A DNA stretch of 64,000 nt from Candidatus Binatia bacterium (GCA_963666315.2 CAXXHG010000032.1:64001-128000), one strand, 5' to 3'; positions 39,928-50,275 are shown, counted from the stretch's first letter. Notes: a model not told the origin generated them from the letters alone. Numbers and translations: made by a program.

Positions 39928-40368
39928 TTAGGCAGCAGCTTGGAGACCAATGACCAGACGCTGTCCAACTGCTGAGAGAGCAGCTTCGATGCGTGGTAGT
40001 TTTGACGGATGCCTTGGATCAAGCAGTCTACGCACTTCTTTTTCATCACACCCGAGACGCTTTGCCAGTTCCGTCTTTGTGATCCCTGCATCCTTGATTG
40101 CGATCGACAATGCCGCCTTCGCTGCAGTTTGGGCAGGAACTATGACAGCGTGTTGCCCTCTTTTCATGCGAGAGGGAGCAGGAATATGAAGGTCCATAGC
40201 AATCCGGTTCGCAACAGCTTCTTCTAGACAATCTGCTGCTTCCCGGAGCGCATCTTCTTTATCTTGGCCTTGTGTGATTGCTTCGGGTAGATCGACGAAC
40301 CGCACGATAAACCCACCATCATCTTTATCTGGCCTCAGGATGGCCGAGTAGCCAAAGTTTTGCATCAC
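39928..40368 (-). CDS. hicB: HicB-family antitoxin with C-terminal HTH (orphan)
   Basis: GGFIVRFVDLPEAITQG..EAADCL; HTH ELAKRLG. Confidence 0.88.
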   Translation of the reverse strand: MMQNFGYSAILRPDKDDGGFIVRFVDLPEAITQGQDKEDALREAADCLEEAVANRIAMDLHIPAPSRMKRGQHAVIVPAQTAAKAALSIAIKDAGITKTELAKRLGCDEKEVRRLLDPRHPSKLPRIEAALSAVGQRLVIGLQAAA

Positions 40369-40384
40369 AGATCCCTATAAATCT

Positions 40385-40745
40385 TCAAAATGAAGTGCCC
40401 ATGACAATAACGCGGTGGCTCCGAGCCAGCCCATGCTGCCGATAAAAGGCTTCGGCTGGACCATCCGCATCAGTCAGCAAGTAGAGATTCCGCACTCCCT
40501 CAGAGCGCAAATCTTGGACTAACACGGAAAGAATCTTTCCGCCCAAACCTGTCCGCTGCTGTTCGGGATCAACACACATTTCCTGCAGCAGAAATTCCTC
40601 ACCATTCTCTACGCTTTCAATATGGCCAGCAGCAAAGGCCCGAACGCTCTCTCCTTCAAGGCCAACAATACCTCGGAACCGAGGTGTATGGAAAATGTCG
40701 GAGAGCCGACGTTCAGCGGTGTCTGCCGTCCAGTGCTCGTTCCAC
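40385..40745 (-). pseudogene. GNAT acetyltransferase, 5'-truncated
   Basis: WNEHWT..EMCVDPEQQRTGLG..AEAFY; joined to the ATPase fragment. Confidence 0.75.
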
Positions 40746-41087
40746 ATACGGTTGCATCGCCGTGTCATACTCACACTTAGCGGGATTCGCCATGCAGCGC
40801 TTTATCTCTATGGGCTTTGGTACGCCTCGTAACTTCACCACGGCCCGGACGGTTGCTTCGTCGGCACTGCGTTTTATGTGGGGGCCATGCTTAATCAAAG
40901 TGATTGGGCCGGTCCCCTTTCCCGCCAAACGGGAGACCCTTCCCGTCAAGAGAAAATCAATAGCATCTACAACCGCGCTTTTTCCTGCCCCATTAGGCCC
41001 CCAGATAACCATGTTCTTGCCATCCGAGGCGAGGATTTCGTGGACAATTCCACGGACGTTGGAAATTTCGACTTCGAGCAGTTTCAT
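40740..41087 (-). pseudogene. SMC/RecN-like AAA ATPase, N-terminal fragment
   Basis: EISNVRGI and Walker A GPNGAGKS; truncated after about 115 aa. Confidence 0.8.
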
Positions 41088-41248
41088 CACCTTTTCGCTA
41101 CTGCTAACTTCAAGCCTTGAACGACTTGCGCCGCCTTCTTGAAGCCGCCCTTTTCTACCAATTGCCTAAGCGCTTCGGTAGTCTCTGTGTCGAACTCTTC
41201 GTGGCTTTGGATAATCGAAAACATCTCATCAAAGAATCGGCCCGTCAA
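41087..41248 (-). pseudogene. Small helical protein coupled (TGATG) to the ATPase, 5' part uncertain
   Basis: Manual translation FFDEMFSIIQSHEEFDTETTEALRQLVEKG...AKR*. Confidence 0.45.
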
Positions 41249-41260
41249 CGTTCAGAGACT

Positions 41261-41530
41261 GGTGACTATTCTCGTTCAGATCGTTCTCGCGCTGAGCCTC
41301 GCATCTGCGGCTCACGCCCAGCCCACGTTTTCAGAAATATTCAGCCTCGACACGATTGGGCCGGGTAGCGTCAGTACGCTGACGTTCACCATCACCACCG
41401 GCAGTGGGACTCCCATAGAGAACCTGGCATTTAGCGACACTTTGCCAACAGGAGTGATTCTTGCCATTCCTGCCAATCCTCTGATGTGTCCGATCGGAAA
41501 TATCGCAGCTTCCGCTGGTGGCTCCACTAG
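41261..41530 (+). pseudogene. Surface-protein N-terminal fragment (signal peptide + DUF11-like repeat)
   Basis: LALSLASAAHA-QPTF..STLTFTI..FSDTLPTG. Confidence 0.6.
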
Positions 41531-41614
41531 CATGTTTATGGCTGAAGGCTGTGTATCCTGTGTCCTAAGCAGCAGCGGTGTTGGACTGAAGATGTACGAG
41601 AAAGAATAGAGGCA

Positions 41615-42735
41615 ATGCTCATGCTATTGATCAATAGATCCTCATTCTCTACTCATTTTCGATATCGAGCCATGCTCACGATGGTGATGGTATTGTCGAC
41701 TTGGATCTTTACCGTCAGCGCTACGGCCCAACAAAGTAGAGGCACGATCACCATCATCAAGGACACCGTGCCCGATGGAGCCCGGACTTTGCCTTTACCA
41801 CCACCGGCGGCTTAAGCCCGAGCACGTTTAGTCTGGATGATGATGCCGACGGCACGCTGCCCACCACCCAAACGTATACAAACCTGGCGGCGGGCACGTA
41901 TACAGTGACCGAGTCGGGGGTAGCGGGCTTTACAACGACCCTGAGCTGTACGGATCCCTCAGGCGGCGCGAGCACGACGGGCGACAGCGCGCTCATCGAT
42001 CTGGCTCCTGGCGAGACCGTCACCTGTACATTTACGAATACGGCTCAGCCTCTAGCAGACGTTGAGATTGGCATCGACCAGTTTGCTCCAGCCGCCCTCT
42101 TGAGCCCAGCTGAGGCGCAGACACCGGGCCTCCTCGTGATATACTCGCTCACCGTGACCAACACTGGGCCAACGGCAGCCGAGAACGTCAGCGTGACGAG
42201 TCCGGTGCCGGCGGGCCTGATGTTTGAGTCGAATACCGGGGCGTGTACAACCCCAGTTCCCTGCACTCTGGGGACACTGGCAGTCGGCCAGAGTCGGGTG
42301 ATCACGACAACGCCCAGTGCACCGCCGGGCTTTGATCCCAGCCAGTCCATCACGCTGACGGCGACAGTCACCAGCACGACGCCAGACCCGGACCTGTGCA
42401 ATAACACAGCGAGCGCAATCATAACGATTTCCGAGATTCCCACCCTGCCGCAATGGGGGATGATGCTACTGACCCTCGCCTTACTCACAATTGCCATATG
42501 GCAGTTGGCAGGCCAGCGGGTGGTAGTGGGTGCGACAGCGGCCACAGGAGCCGTGCTCCCAGGGGCGGAGAGTCAGTGGTTGAGTTCCCTCTTCCTTGGT
42601 CAGGGACTCGCAACCCTGGGCTTAGGGTTGTATGCCGTGCTGGTCGGCCCCCTGGTGCCGCATGATGGGCTGGGCGCTTTCCTGGCCGGGCTGCTGCTCG
42701 GCGTGATGCTTGAGGGCTGCCGGCGCAGCCGCTGA
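41615..42735 (+). pseudogene. Cell-surface protein with SpaA/prealbumin-like and DUF11 domains and IPTL-CTERM, frameshifted near 41782
   Basis: TITIIKDTVPDG/DFAFT..GETVTCTFTN; YSLTVTNTGP..DPD..NN; IPTLPQWG. Confidence 0.8.
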
Positions 42736-42898
42736 CACACGGATCTCTTGGTAAATCTTCACTCTCGGGTCAAATCGAACAAACGACTAGAGTCGAGATG
42801 TGGCGCGGTGGCTTAGGCAGGGCCTATCTGTTACAGGTCGTGACTCAACACTTAGCGGCCTTTCAACTCAAAAAACGCATCGTCGCCGTTGCCCGGCT

Positions 42899-43975
42899 TC
42901 AGTAGCCCCGCTCCCAGTCCAATACGTTCAGGAGGGATTGGCCTGTGATATAGCGCTGTAGATTATCGCAAAATAACTCTATGCCTTTTGCTTGCTGGAC
43001 ATCAGTTCCACCTGACGTATGCGGAGTGATCATGACATTCGGCAGTTGCCAGAGTTCTTCTGGTGGCGGTCCGGTGAATTCTCCGCTGTAGACATCTAAG
43101 CCTGCCCCAGCAATCCAGCCCTCACGTAACGCTGTAGTTAAGGCAGATTGATCTATCAGTTCACCCCGGGCCACATTGATGAGATACGCACTCGGTTTCA
43201 TCTGGCGCAGTTCAGCTTCAGCCATGAGTCCATCCGTTTCCGGTGTCCATTGGGTGCTCAAGACAACAAAATCGCTCTGCTCAAGCAGAATAGACAGCTC
43301 TGCTGGCGGGAGCAGTTCGTCAACGTCTTGCGTCTTCGTGTGTGGAGTGGTTGCTGACCGACGCGTTGCCATAACCCGCATCCCGACTGCTTTGGCGAGA
43401 CGTGCGACAGCGCTCCCAATGCCACCCAGGCCGATAATGCCTATAGTTTTTCCCTGTACCAGTATGGGACGATATTCTGGGCGTTCGAATGCCTGATTGT
43501 TCCGATCGTGGAACGCTTGAGGCAAAGACTTGGCAAAGAGGAAGATCGTGGATAGAACATATTCCGCAATAGGCAAAGGGTTATTTAGCCCACGCGACGT
43601 TGTGACGACGACGTCGCTGCCCCACATATCGCCCATGCGCAAATTCGAGGCACCCGCAGGCGTTTGGTGGAGCCACTTGAGGCGCGGCGCCCGAGCGCGT
43701 AAGTCGAGCGGAAAAGGAAATCGAATGCAGATGACCTCGGCTTCGGCTAGCAGCGCGTCCCGCTCGGCGCGGGTCGAGGTGTTTGCTGCTACCAGTGCTT
43801 GCGGCACATAGCGACGAACGGATTCCGCCGGCCAGGTTTCGGGATACTCGACCTCGAACTTCCCGCGTGCATCCACAACCCGAATGCGTGGATCAATCGC
43901 GCTAATCTTCCCGGTGACAGACTCTCCCACAGCACCGAGCAGCAGGATGTTCAGGATGTTGAGCGGGTTCGGCAT
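42899..43975 (-). CDS. D-2-hydroxyacid dehydrogenase family protein
   Basis: GLGGIG, INVARG, LDV and TPH motifs. Confidence 0.93.
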   Translation of the reverse strand: MPNPLNILNILLLGAVGESVTGKISAIDPRIRVVDARGKFEVEYPETWPAESVRRYVPQALVAANTSTRAERDALLAEAEVICIRFPFPLDLRARAPRLKWLHQTPAGASNLRMGDMWGSDVVVTTSRGLNNPLPIAEYVLSTIFLFAKSLPQAFHDRNNQAFERPEYRPILVQGKTIGIIGLGGIGSAVARLAKAVGMRVMATRRSATTPHTKTQDVDELLPPAELSILLEQSDFVVLSTQWTPETDGLMAEAELRQMKPSAYLINVARGELIDQSALTTALREGWIAGAGLDVYSGEFTGPPPEELWQLPNVMITPHTSGGTDVQQAKGIELFCDNLQRYITGQSLLNVLDWERGY

Positions 43976-44022
43976 GTGTCCGGTGAACAGCTAGCCAGTT
44001 GTAAAGACGCTGCCCGCTGCCC

Positions 44023-44433
44023 CTACTCAGCTCCGATTGCGTCAAGCGCCGCACGGGCGCATTCAATATCTTCGTCTTCCGTCCCGCCGCTCGTGCCCAC
44101 GCCACCAAGAAATTCACCACTCACAGCCAACGGCAAGCCGCCGCCAGCCAACAGCAACGTCCGTCCAATAATGTCGGCAACGCTGCTAAACAACTGCGAG
44201 CGCGATTCCGCCAGTTCGGCGACCTCGCGTGAGGTCCGGCGAAAAGTCGCAGCCGTAAACGCCTTGCTCTGGGCAACACCAGTTGTTAACCAACGCGCGT
44301 TATCCATACGTGCAAGCGCGACCAAGTTTCCAGCGGAATCCACGACGGCAAAGCTCATGTCCCAGCCTTTTTCTTGTGCTTTCTGTCTGGCTGCGGCAAT
44401 AAACTGTTCTGCAAGCGCTAATGTGAGAGGCAT
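44023..44433 (-). CDS. GlcG/HbpS family heme-binding protein
   Basis: AVVDSAG..RMD..KAFTA..GGLP..GVGTSGG..ED. Confidence 0.9.
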   Translation of the reverse strand: MPLTLALAEQFIAAARQKAQEKGWDMSFAVVDSAGNLVALARMDNARWLTTGVAQSKAFTAATFRRTSREVAELAESRSQLFSSVADIIGRTLLLAGGGLPLAVSGEFLGGVGTSGGTEDEDIECARAALDAIGAE

Positions 44434-44523
44434 GCTTTCTCCTTGTCTATAGAGGGACGAATACAGGCAGGGCAGCCACATGAGGCTGCCCCTACAATCT
44501 TTTTACAATCTCATGCAAGCAAG

Positions 44524-45432
44524 CTAGCGCTGATGATACAGCGGATGGCCTTTGTAGGGAGTCTTGAGACAACTGAAGTGATCGCCTTCGAGATTGGCGA
44601 TGTACAGTGTCTGCAAGTCCGGCCCGCCAAAGGCACAGTTGGTCGGAAAGTTCAGCTTCTTGCCTTCGGCAGAATCATCAATAAGCATGCGCCAATTGCC
44701 GTTGGTGTCAACGGCGATGACTTGATGGGCCGGGACCATTTCTCCACCCTTCACCACCGCCGGCAGAGTCACATACATATTGCCGTCCACATCAAAGGCC
44801 ATTCCATCCGGCAAAGACGGAAAATCTTTGGAGTAGATCTCAGGCTTGCCAAACGTACCATCCTTATTGATCTGGATACGCAGACAGTCATTCCGGGTGC
44901 TTTCCAGCACGTAGACCGCGTCTTCTTTGGGATCGATAGCTGTGCCGTTAGCCAGATAAATGCCCTCGGCCACAATTTCGCTCTTGCCGTTCGGACGGAT
45001 GACGACGAGCGCCCCTTTGGCCGAGGGCGTAGCCAATTCGGCGAGTACGTTCTCAATAGTCGACGTACTCGAATTCGAGATGTATAAATTGCCCTCAGCA
45101 TCGTAGCTGGCAAAGTTCGGCAGTGTCAGTTTCAGCGAGCCAACCTGATCCGCAATCAGCGACACTTCGCCACTCTGGGTGACGCGCATCATCGCCTGCT
45201 TGCCCAGGTCGCAGTACACCAGATCGCCATTCCGGTCCATCGTAACGCCATTCGGAATAGACCCCTCGGGAAGTGTGACCAGCTCACTCACAGTGCCATC
45301 TTGTGTGACCTTATACATGATGCCGTTACGCCCACCGCCAAAAACGTTGCCCTCCTTATCAACCACCACACCCTCGGCTTGCAGTACGCCTTTGCCAAAA
45401 ATCTCAACCTGATCAACAGAAAATGTTGCCAT
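44524..45432 (-). CDS. SMP-30/gluconolactonase family protein
   Basis: AEG, PNG, PDGMAFD and TNCAFGG motifs. Confidence 0.9.
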   Translation of the reverse strand: MATFSVDQVEIFGKGVLQAEGVVVDKEGNVFGGGRNGIMYKVTQDGTVSELVTLPEGSIPNGVTMDRNGDLVYCDLGKQAMMRVTQSGEVSLIADQVGSLKLTLPNFASYDAEGNLYISNSSTSTIENVLAELATPSAKGALVVIRPNGKSEIVAEGIYLANGTAIDPKEDAVYVLESTRNDCLRIQINKDGTFGKPEIYSKDFPSLPDGMAFDVDGNMYVTLPAVVKGGEMVPAHQVIAVDTNGNWRMLIDDSAEGKKLNFPTNCAFGGPDLQTLYIANLEGDHFSCLKTPYKGHPLYHQR

Positions 45433-45466
45433 ACAAAGTCCTCCTTTCACCCCTCCCGTGCTTTGA

Positions 45467-45943
45467 TTATCGCTCTGCCTCTACCCCTGCCGCTTCCGCC
45501 TCATCTCGCTGTTTCGTGAACGTCACCTCGCCCACTGCCGAACCACTCAAAATGACTAAGAGATTCGTCTCCTCAGCCCCAATATTCCGAAAGCCTTCTG
45601 GTGTTCCAGCTGGAAAGGAAATCGTATCCCATTGTTCCAGCACGACCTCGTTCTTGCCGTCGTCTCCCCAGAAGAAAGCGCATTTTCCAGACAGCACCAC
45701 GAAGACTTCTGGTTTGGGGTGGCTATGCAGCGGGGCTCCCTTGCCCGGGCTTACCTTGTTAATCACCATGGTAAAACCATGGTTTCCTGCGATCGCAGGA
45801 ACAGTCTTGCCCGCCCTCCCGATCAATGCGTAGCCCCGCATCCCGTCAGGTTCGTAGTTCTTGATAAAGCTCGCGTAGTCAATCGGCTTGAGATCCTCAA
45901 ACCGCGCAATACTCGTGCTCATACCGTCTTGTCCGCTTGGCAT
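45467..45943 (-). CDS. Cupin domain protein
   Basis: PLHSHPKPEVFVVLSG..DTISFPAG. Confidence 0.88.
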   Translation of the reverse strand: MPSGQDGMSTSIARFEDLKPIDYASFIKNYEPDGMRGYALIGRAGKTVPAIAGNHGFTMVINKVSPGKGAPLHSHPKPEVFVVLSGKCAFFWGDDGKNEVVLEQWDTISFPAGTPEGFRNIGAEETNLLVILSGSAVGEVTFTKQRDEAEAAGVEAER

Positions 45944-45974
45944 AATTCCTCCTTCGTGGCTATTTGTGAATTTT

Positions 45975-46143
45975 TGTAGTAGCGCGTTTGTATGAAAACT
46001 GTGTCCTGCACTTGTCCCGGTTCCCCTTCGACAGGCTTAGGGCAAACGGGAAGAGGCGGTGTGGAACGGAACCGTTCGTGCTGAGCCCCGTCGAAGCATG
46101 AACGAGCAGGGACGCATTATTTCAGACTGGATGCGCTACTACA
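45975..46143. repeat. MITE-like element containing a REP doublet (copy 1)
   Basis: TIR TGTAGTAGCGC/GCGCTACTACA; core CCCTTCGACAGGCTTAGGGCAAACGG ... CCGTTCGTGCTGAGCCCCGTCGAAGCATGAACG. Confidence 0.7.
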
Positions 46144-46148
46144 TATTT

Positions 46149-47312
46149 TTAAATAACTCCCTCTTCTCTCCACCCAGCCATCTCTGCTGGAGTGTGTCCC
46201 AACCACTCGCAATAGACCTCGCTGTTGTGCTCACCCGGTTGCGGTATCGGACCGATTTTCCCCGGTGTGTCGGAGAACTTGACCGTCAGACCCGGCACAT
46301 AGGTCTTGCCCTTTTCTCTATCCTCAATCTCAACCAGCATCTTCCGCTCCCAGAGGTGCGGATCTTGGGCCGCTTGCGAAATGCTCTGCACCGGTCCGAC
46401 TGGTACCTCAGCCTGCACTAAGATTTGCACGACTTCCGCAACAGTATTCTCCTTGACCCAGCCCTCTACCAGAGCGTTGACCTCGTCGGCATGCGCGGCC
46501 CGGCCTGGAATACTGGAGTAACGTTCGTCGTCAATCAGATCCTCACGACCGATGCCGCGACAGAAGCGACCCCACATATGCTGTGGGACCGCCAGGATAT
46601 ACACCCAGCCGTCTTTGGCTTGGTAGGTGTTGCACGGGGCGAGGCCACCCGGTGCATTGCCCCGCCGCTGAGGCTCTTTGCCGCTCAGCAAATATTGCGC
46701 GATGGGAATTTCCATTAGCGTATAGCCTGTGTCGAGCAAACACACATCAAGCGCTTGGCCCTCACCAGTCATGTCTCGGCGATGCAGCGCGCCGAGCGCA
46801 CCGACAGTGGCATGCAGCGCAGTAATGCGATCGATAATCGGCGAATTCGTCATAATCGGCGGGCCGTCGGGGAAGCCGGTAAAACCCATCAGACCTGACA
46901 TGGCCTGGCCGATCGGGTCGTAGGCCGGACGGTCCCGATACGGACCTTCTTGACCAAAGCCAGACACATTAATGAGAATAAGCCCACGGTTGAGCTGCTT
47001 GAGGACGTCGTATCCAAGGCCCATGGAGTCCATGACTCCAGGCCGAAAGTTTTGCAGCAACATGTCAACTTTCGGCACCAAGGACTTGAGGATGGCGATA
47101 CCCTGCGCGCTGCGCAGATTCAGCGTGATGCTCTTCTTGCCCCGGTTATACACCGACCAATACACACTGCCTAAGCCACGCGACTCATCCCCACCCGGTG
47201 CTTCAACCTTAATCACCTCTGCGCCAAGATCGCCCAAGACCATCGCGCAGCGCGGACCGGCCTGATAGCGCCCGAGATCAAGGACTTTGATTCCATCCAG
47301 ACAGCCTGCCAT
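46149..47312 (-). CDS. CaiB/BaiF class III CoA-transferase
   Basis: AGP, GAEVIKVE, NRGKKS and NFRPG motifs. Confidence 0.95.
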   Translation of the reverse strand: MAGCLDGIKVLDLGRYQAGPRCAMVLGDLGAEVIKVEAPGGDESRGLGSVYWSVYNRGKKSITLNLRSAQGIAILKSLVPKVDMLLQNFRPGVMDSMGLGYDVLKQLNRGLILINVSGFGQEGPYRDRPAYDPIGQAMSGLMGFTGFPDGPPIMTNSPIIDRITALHATVGALGALHRRDMTGEGQALDVCLLDTGYTLMEIPIAQYLLSGKEPQRRGNAPGGLAPCNTYQAKDGWVYILAVPQHMWGRFCRGIGREDLIDDERYSSIPGRAAHADEVNALVEGWVKENTVAEVVQILVQAEVPVGPVQSISQAAQDPHLWERKMLVEIEDREKGKTYVPGLTVKFSDTPGKIGPIPQPGEHNSEVYCEWLGHTPAEMAGWREEGVI

Positions 47313-47323
47313 AGTGTTCGTCC

Positions 47324-48394
47324 TTATTGCAAATGCGGCATCACATATTTGGCAAATCGTTCAATCGACCCCATGATCTTTTCGTGCGGAATAGTATGCA
47401 CCTGCTGCATGAGCAAAATACTATCCGCCCCAGCTTCCTTATGGAGTTTGAGCTTACGAATACATTCCTCCGGATCACCAACCACGACCAGATCATGATC
47501 GTTGAGATAATCAAAAGTAATCGTGTCCATATCAATGCCAAATATCTGCTGCAGATAGCTGTAATCGCCCTTGGCCTTCTTGGCCATAGGCAGGACCATC
47601 TCGATCGCCCGTTTGGTTGCCCAGACCATACTGTCCGCGGCAGTCTGGCGCGCCTCCGCCGGACTCTCACCGCAGTAGCCCATGGCAAAGACGGCCGTTC
47701 GCTCATTCACGAATGCGCCAACTGGTTTTGCATCTTTAATTGCTGCTCGATATTTGGCTATCCGGTTGGCTAATTCCGGAGGTTCGACTAATAATGTGAA
47801 CGACAATAGGCCCAAGCCTTTTTGTCCGGCTAGCTCATGTCCTTCGGCGCTCGTGGTCGCCATCCACAGCGGAGGATGGGGCTTTTGGCGAGGTTTGGGA
47901 ACAACTGCACGAGGCGGGATCTTGAAATACTTGCCTTCCCACTCAAAGATCTCATTGGTCCAGATCTGGGGCAACATATGCAGAGCTTCGTCCCAACGCG
48001 CCCGAGTTTCCTCAGCGGGAATACCAAACCCGTCCAGTTCGATTGCAGTGGTTGAACGCCCTGTCCCAACGTCGATGCGGCCGTTACTCAGCAGATCGAG
48101 TACGGCCACACGTTCGGCAACCCGAACCGGATGGTTATACGGAAAAGGCAGCAACACCACCCCATGTCCGATGCGAATATTTTTGGTGCGCTGGCTGACT
48201 GCGCCATACAACACTTCCGGTGCGGAGCAGTGCGAGAACTCCGAAAAGAAGTGGTGCTCAACCGTCCAGAACGAATGAAATCCGACTTCGTCAGCCAGTT
48301 GGACCTGGTCGAGCACCTGTTGGTAGATGTCGAACTCTTGATCCTCGTACCAGGGCTTAGGCACTTGGATCTCATAGAACATGCCAAACTTCAT
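47324..48394 (-). CDS. LLM-class flavin-dependent oxidoreductase
   Basis: VEHHF..SAPEV and QKPHPP motifs. Confidence 0.93.
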   Translation of the reverse strand: MKFGMFYEIQVPKPWYEDQEFDIYQQVLDQVQLADEVGFHSFWTVEHHFFSEFSHCSAPEVLYGAVSQRTKNIRIGHGVVLLPFPYNHPVRVAERVAVLDLLSNGRIDVGTGRSTTAIELDGFGIPAEETRARWDEALHMLPQIWTNEIFEWEGKYFKIPPRAVVPKPRQKPHPPLWMATTSAEGHELAGQKGLGLLSFTLLVEPPELANRIAKYRAAIKDAKPVGAFVNERTAVFAMGYCGESPAEARQTAADSMVWATKRAIEMVLPMAKKAKGDYSYLQQIFGIDMDTITFDYLNDHDLVVVGDPEECIRKLKLHKEAGADSILLMQQVHTIPHEKIMGSIERFAKYVMPHLQ

Positions 48395-48441
48395 CTCCCC
48401 CCCTTTGAGGCTGTCCGATCCGCCAGCTCTTCTGACACGAG

Positions 48442-48483
48442 AAAAAAAACGGGGAACCAGAGAGCGATGCTCCGGTTCCCCGT
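48442..48483 (-). terminator. Intrinsic terminator
   Basis: ACGGGGAACC...GGTTCCCCGT hairpin followed by a T8 tract on the minus strand. Confidence 0.8.
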
Positions 48484-48532
48484 CCTGGCGTCCTGGGTTC
48501 CGATTCGAGATGGAGCGCTCTAGGCGGAGAGC

Positions 48533-50275
48533 CTAGCGGGCGGCACCGTTATAGAGCAGCGCACCTGAGGCGTTGCCCGTGCATTCGCCATCCTGGAAGG
48601 TCTCTTCGCCGTTGACCAGGATATGCCTATAGCCCTCAGCCTTCTGCACCCGCCGCCACTCGTTGGCCGGCGGATCGTGGGCGATCTCACTCGGACGGGA
48701 GTTCACGGTATCGGCATCGTACACGACGATATCGGCCGCTTGACCTGTACGCAGGGTGCCCCGATCCGTGATGCCCGCCGCCCAGGCCATAATTCCGCTC
48801 AGGCGGAAGTGGGCTTCTTCTAGGCTCAGGACATCCTGCTCCCGCACCAGCCAGGACAGGACCTCGGTCGGATAGATGGCCGGCGTGATGAACTTCACAT
48901 GCGCGCCACCGTCCGAGACACCGGGCATCATATACGGCGAGCTCATCAGCTCCTTGAAGCCCTCGACGTTGGCATTGGCGATCGGGCCGGCCCATTCGGT
49001 GCGCAGGTCGTCGGCCACCGAAAGATCCAGCATGGCATCGATGACGTGCTTGCCTTCCTTTTCGGCAATTTGCTCCACCGACAGGCCTTCGTATATCAGT
49101 TTGAGATCACGGTTACGAACTTTACGCGCAATGAACTTATGGAACTCGCCAAAGATGATGTTCATCGTGTCCATGCCGCCCTTGTCGTAGTCGTCGCGCA
49201 TCTCCTTGCGCAGCTCGGGCTTCGCCAGTTTGGCTTTCCGCTCTTCGACCGTCCCGAGCGTGGCTTCCTTCCAGGCCGGAATACCATCAAACAGGTTCCA
49301 GTCTTCCAGCGTCATCCGCACTGGGGCCCGAGCGGTGACGGCCTGTCCGAACACGCGTGCGCCACGCTTGTTGGCTGCGGCTATCCACTTCATCTGAGCC
49401 TGGTGGGACTCAGGATGCTTGTCACTGATCACAAGGGCGTTATACAGTAGCGGCTGACCCGACGTCTTGGCCATCTTTTCCAAGAATAGGAAGTCATCCT
49501 CGACGCCAAAGCTACTTTCGCTGGCACCCGACTGGGTGAACTGGATGCAGCCCTGACCGACGTCATACATGGCCTTGGCCATGTCCATATAGAACTCGTC
49601 CGGCAGGATGTCGGTGATCATCGGCGTCCCATCATAGTCGCGCTGCACAGACACCCGACTTTCGGGCACCAGACGCTGGGCTGACCAACCCGCAGCGCCT
49701 GCCTTCACCGCTTCCTTATAATGGCCAATAATGGTGGCCATCTCGTCTTTATTCGGGTAGCGCTTCTTGGCATCATCAAAACCGCCCATCACATACGCCA
49801 CGGCAGGTGCAAGCGGGAAGAGATGCGACACATTGACGCCTAACGGCATGCGCGACAGCCGATCCATGTATTGGGGGAAGGTCTCCCAGTCGACTTTCAT
49901 CGATACGCGCATGGGTTCCAGTGGAATCGCTTCGGTGCGGGACAAAGCCAACATGGCCCGGTCGACGTCTTGGGGACGCAGCGGGGCAAAACCAAAACCG
50001 CAGTTTCCAATGGTGACCGTGGTCACGCCGTGCCAACTGCCGATCGTACAGTACGGATCCCAGTGTAACTGGGCATCATAGTGGGTATGGAGATCAATGA
50101 ACCCAGGGGCCACGACCAGCCCAGTGGCATCAATCTCCTTTTTGGCATCGCTGCTGTTGAGGCGACCGATCTCAGCAACTTTACCGTCCTTGATACCAAG
50201 GTCAGCCCGGTAACGCGGTACCTTCGTTCCATCGACGATCGTACCGTTCTTAATCACTGTATCAAACTGCGGCAT
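48533..50275 (-). CDS. N-acyl-D-amino-acid deacylase-like amidohydrolase
   Basis: APGFIDLHTHYD, GNCGF and SDGGAH motifs. Confidence 0.92.
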   Translation of the reverse strand: MPQFDTVIKNGTIVDGTKVPRYRADLGIKDGKVAEIGRLNSSDAKKEIDATGLVVAPGFIDLHTHYDAQLHWDPYCTIGSWHGVTTVTIGNCGFGFAPLRPQDVDRAMLALSRTEAIPLEPMRVSMKVDWETFPQYMDRLSRMPLGVNVSHLFPLAPAVAYVMGGFDDAKKRYPNKDEMATIIGHYKEAVKAGAAGWSAQRLVPESRVSVQRDYDGTPMITDILPDEFYMDMAKAMYDVGQGCIQFTQSGASESSFGVEDDFLFLEKMAKTSGQPLLYNALVISDKHPESHQAQMKWIAAANKRGARVFGQAVTARAPVRMTLEDWNLFDGIPAWKEATLGTVEERKAKLAKPELRKEMRDDYDKGGMDTMNIIFGEFHKFIARKVRNRDLKLIYEGLSVEQIAEKEGKHVIDAMLDLSVADDLRTEWAGPIANANVEGFKELMSSPYMMPGVSDGGAHVKFITPAIYPTEVLSWLVREQDVLSLEEAHFRLSGIMAWAAGITDRGTLRTGQAADIVVYDADTVNSRPSEIAHDPPANEWRRVQKAEGYRHILVNGEETFQDGECTGNASGALLYNGAAR

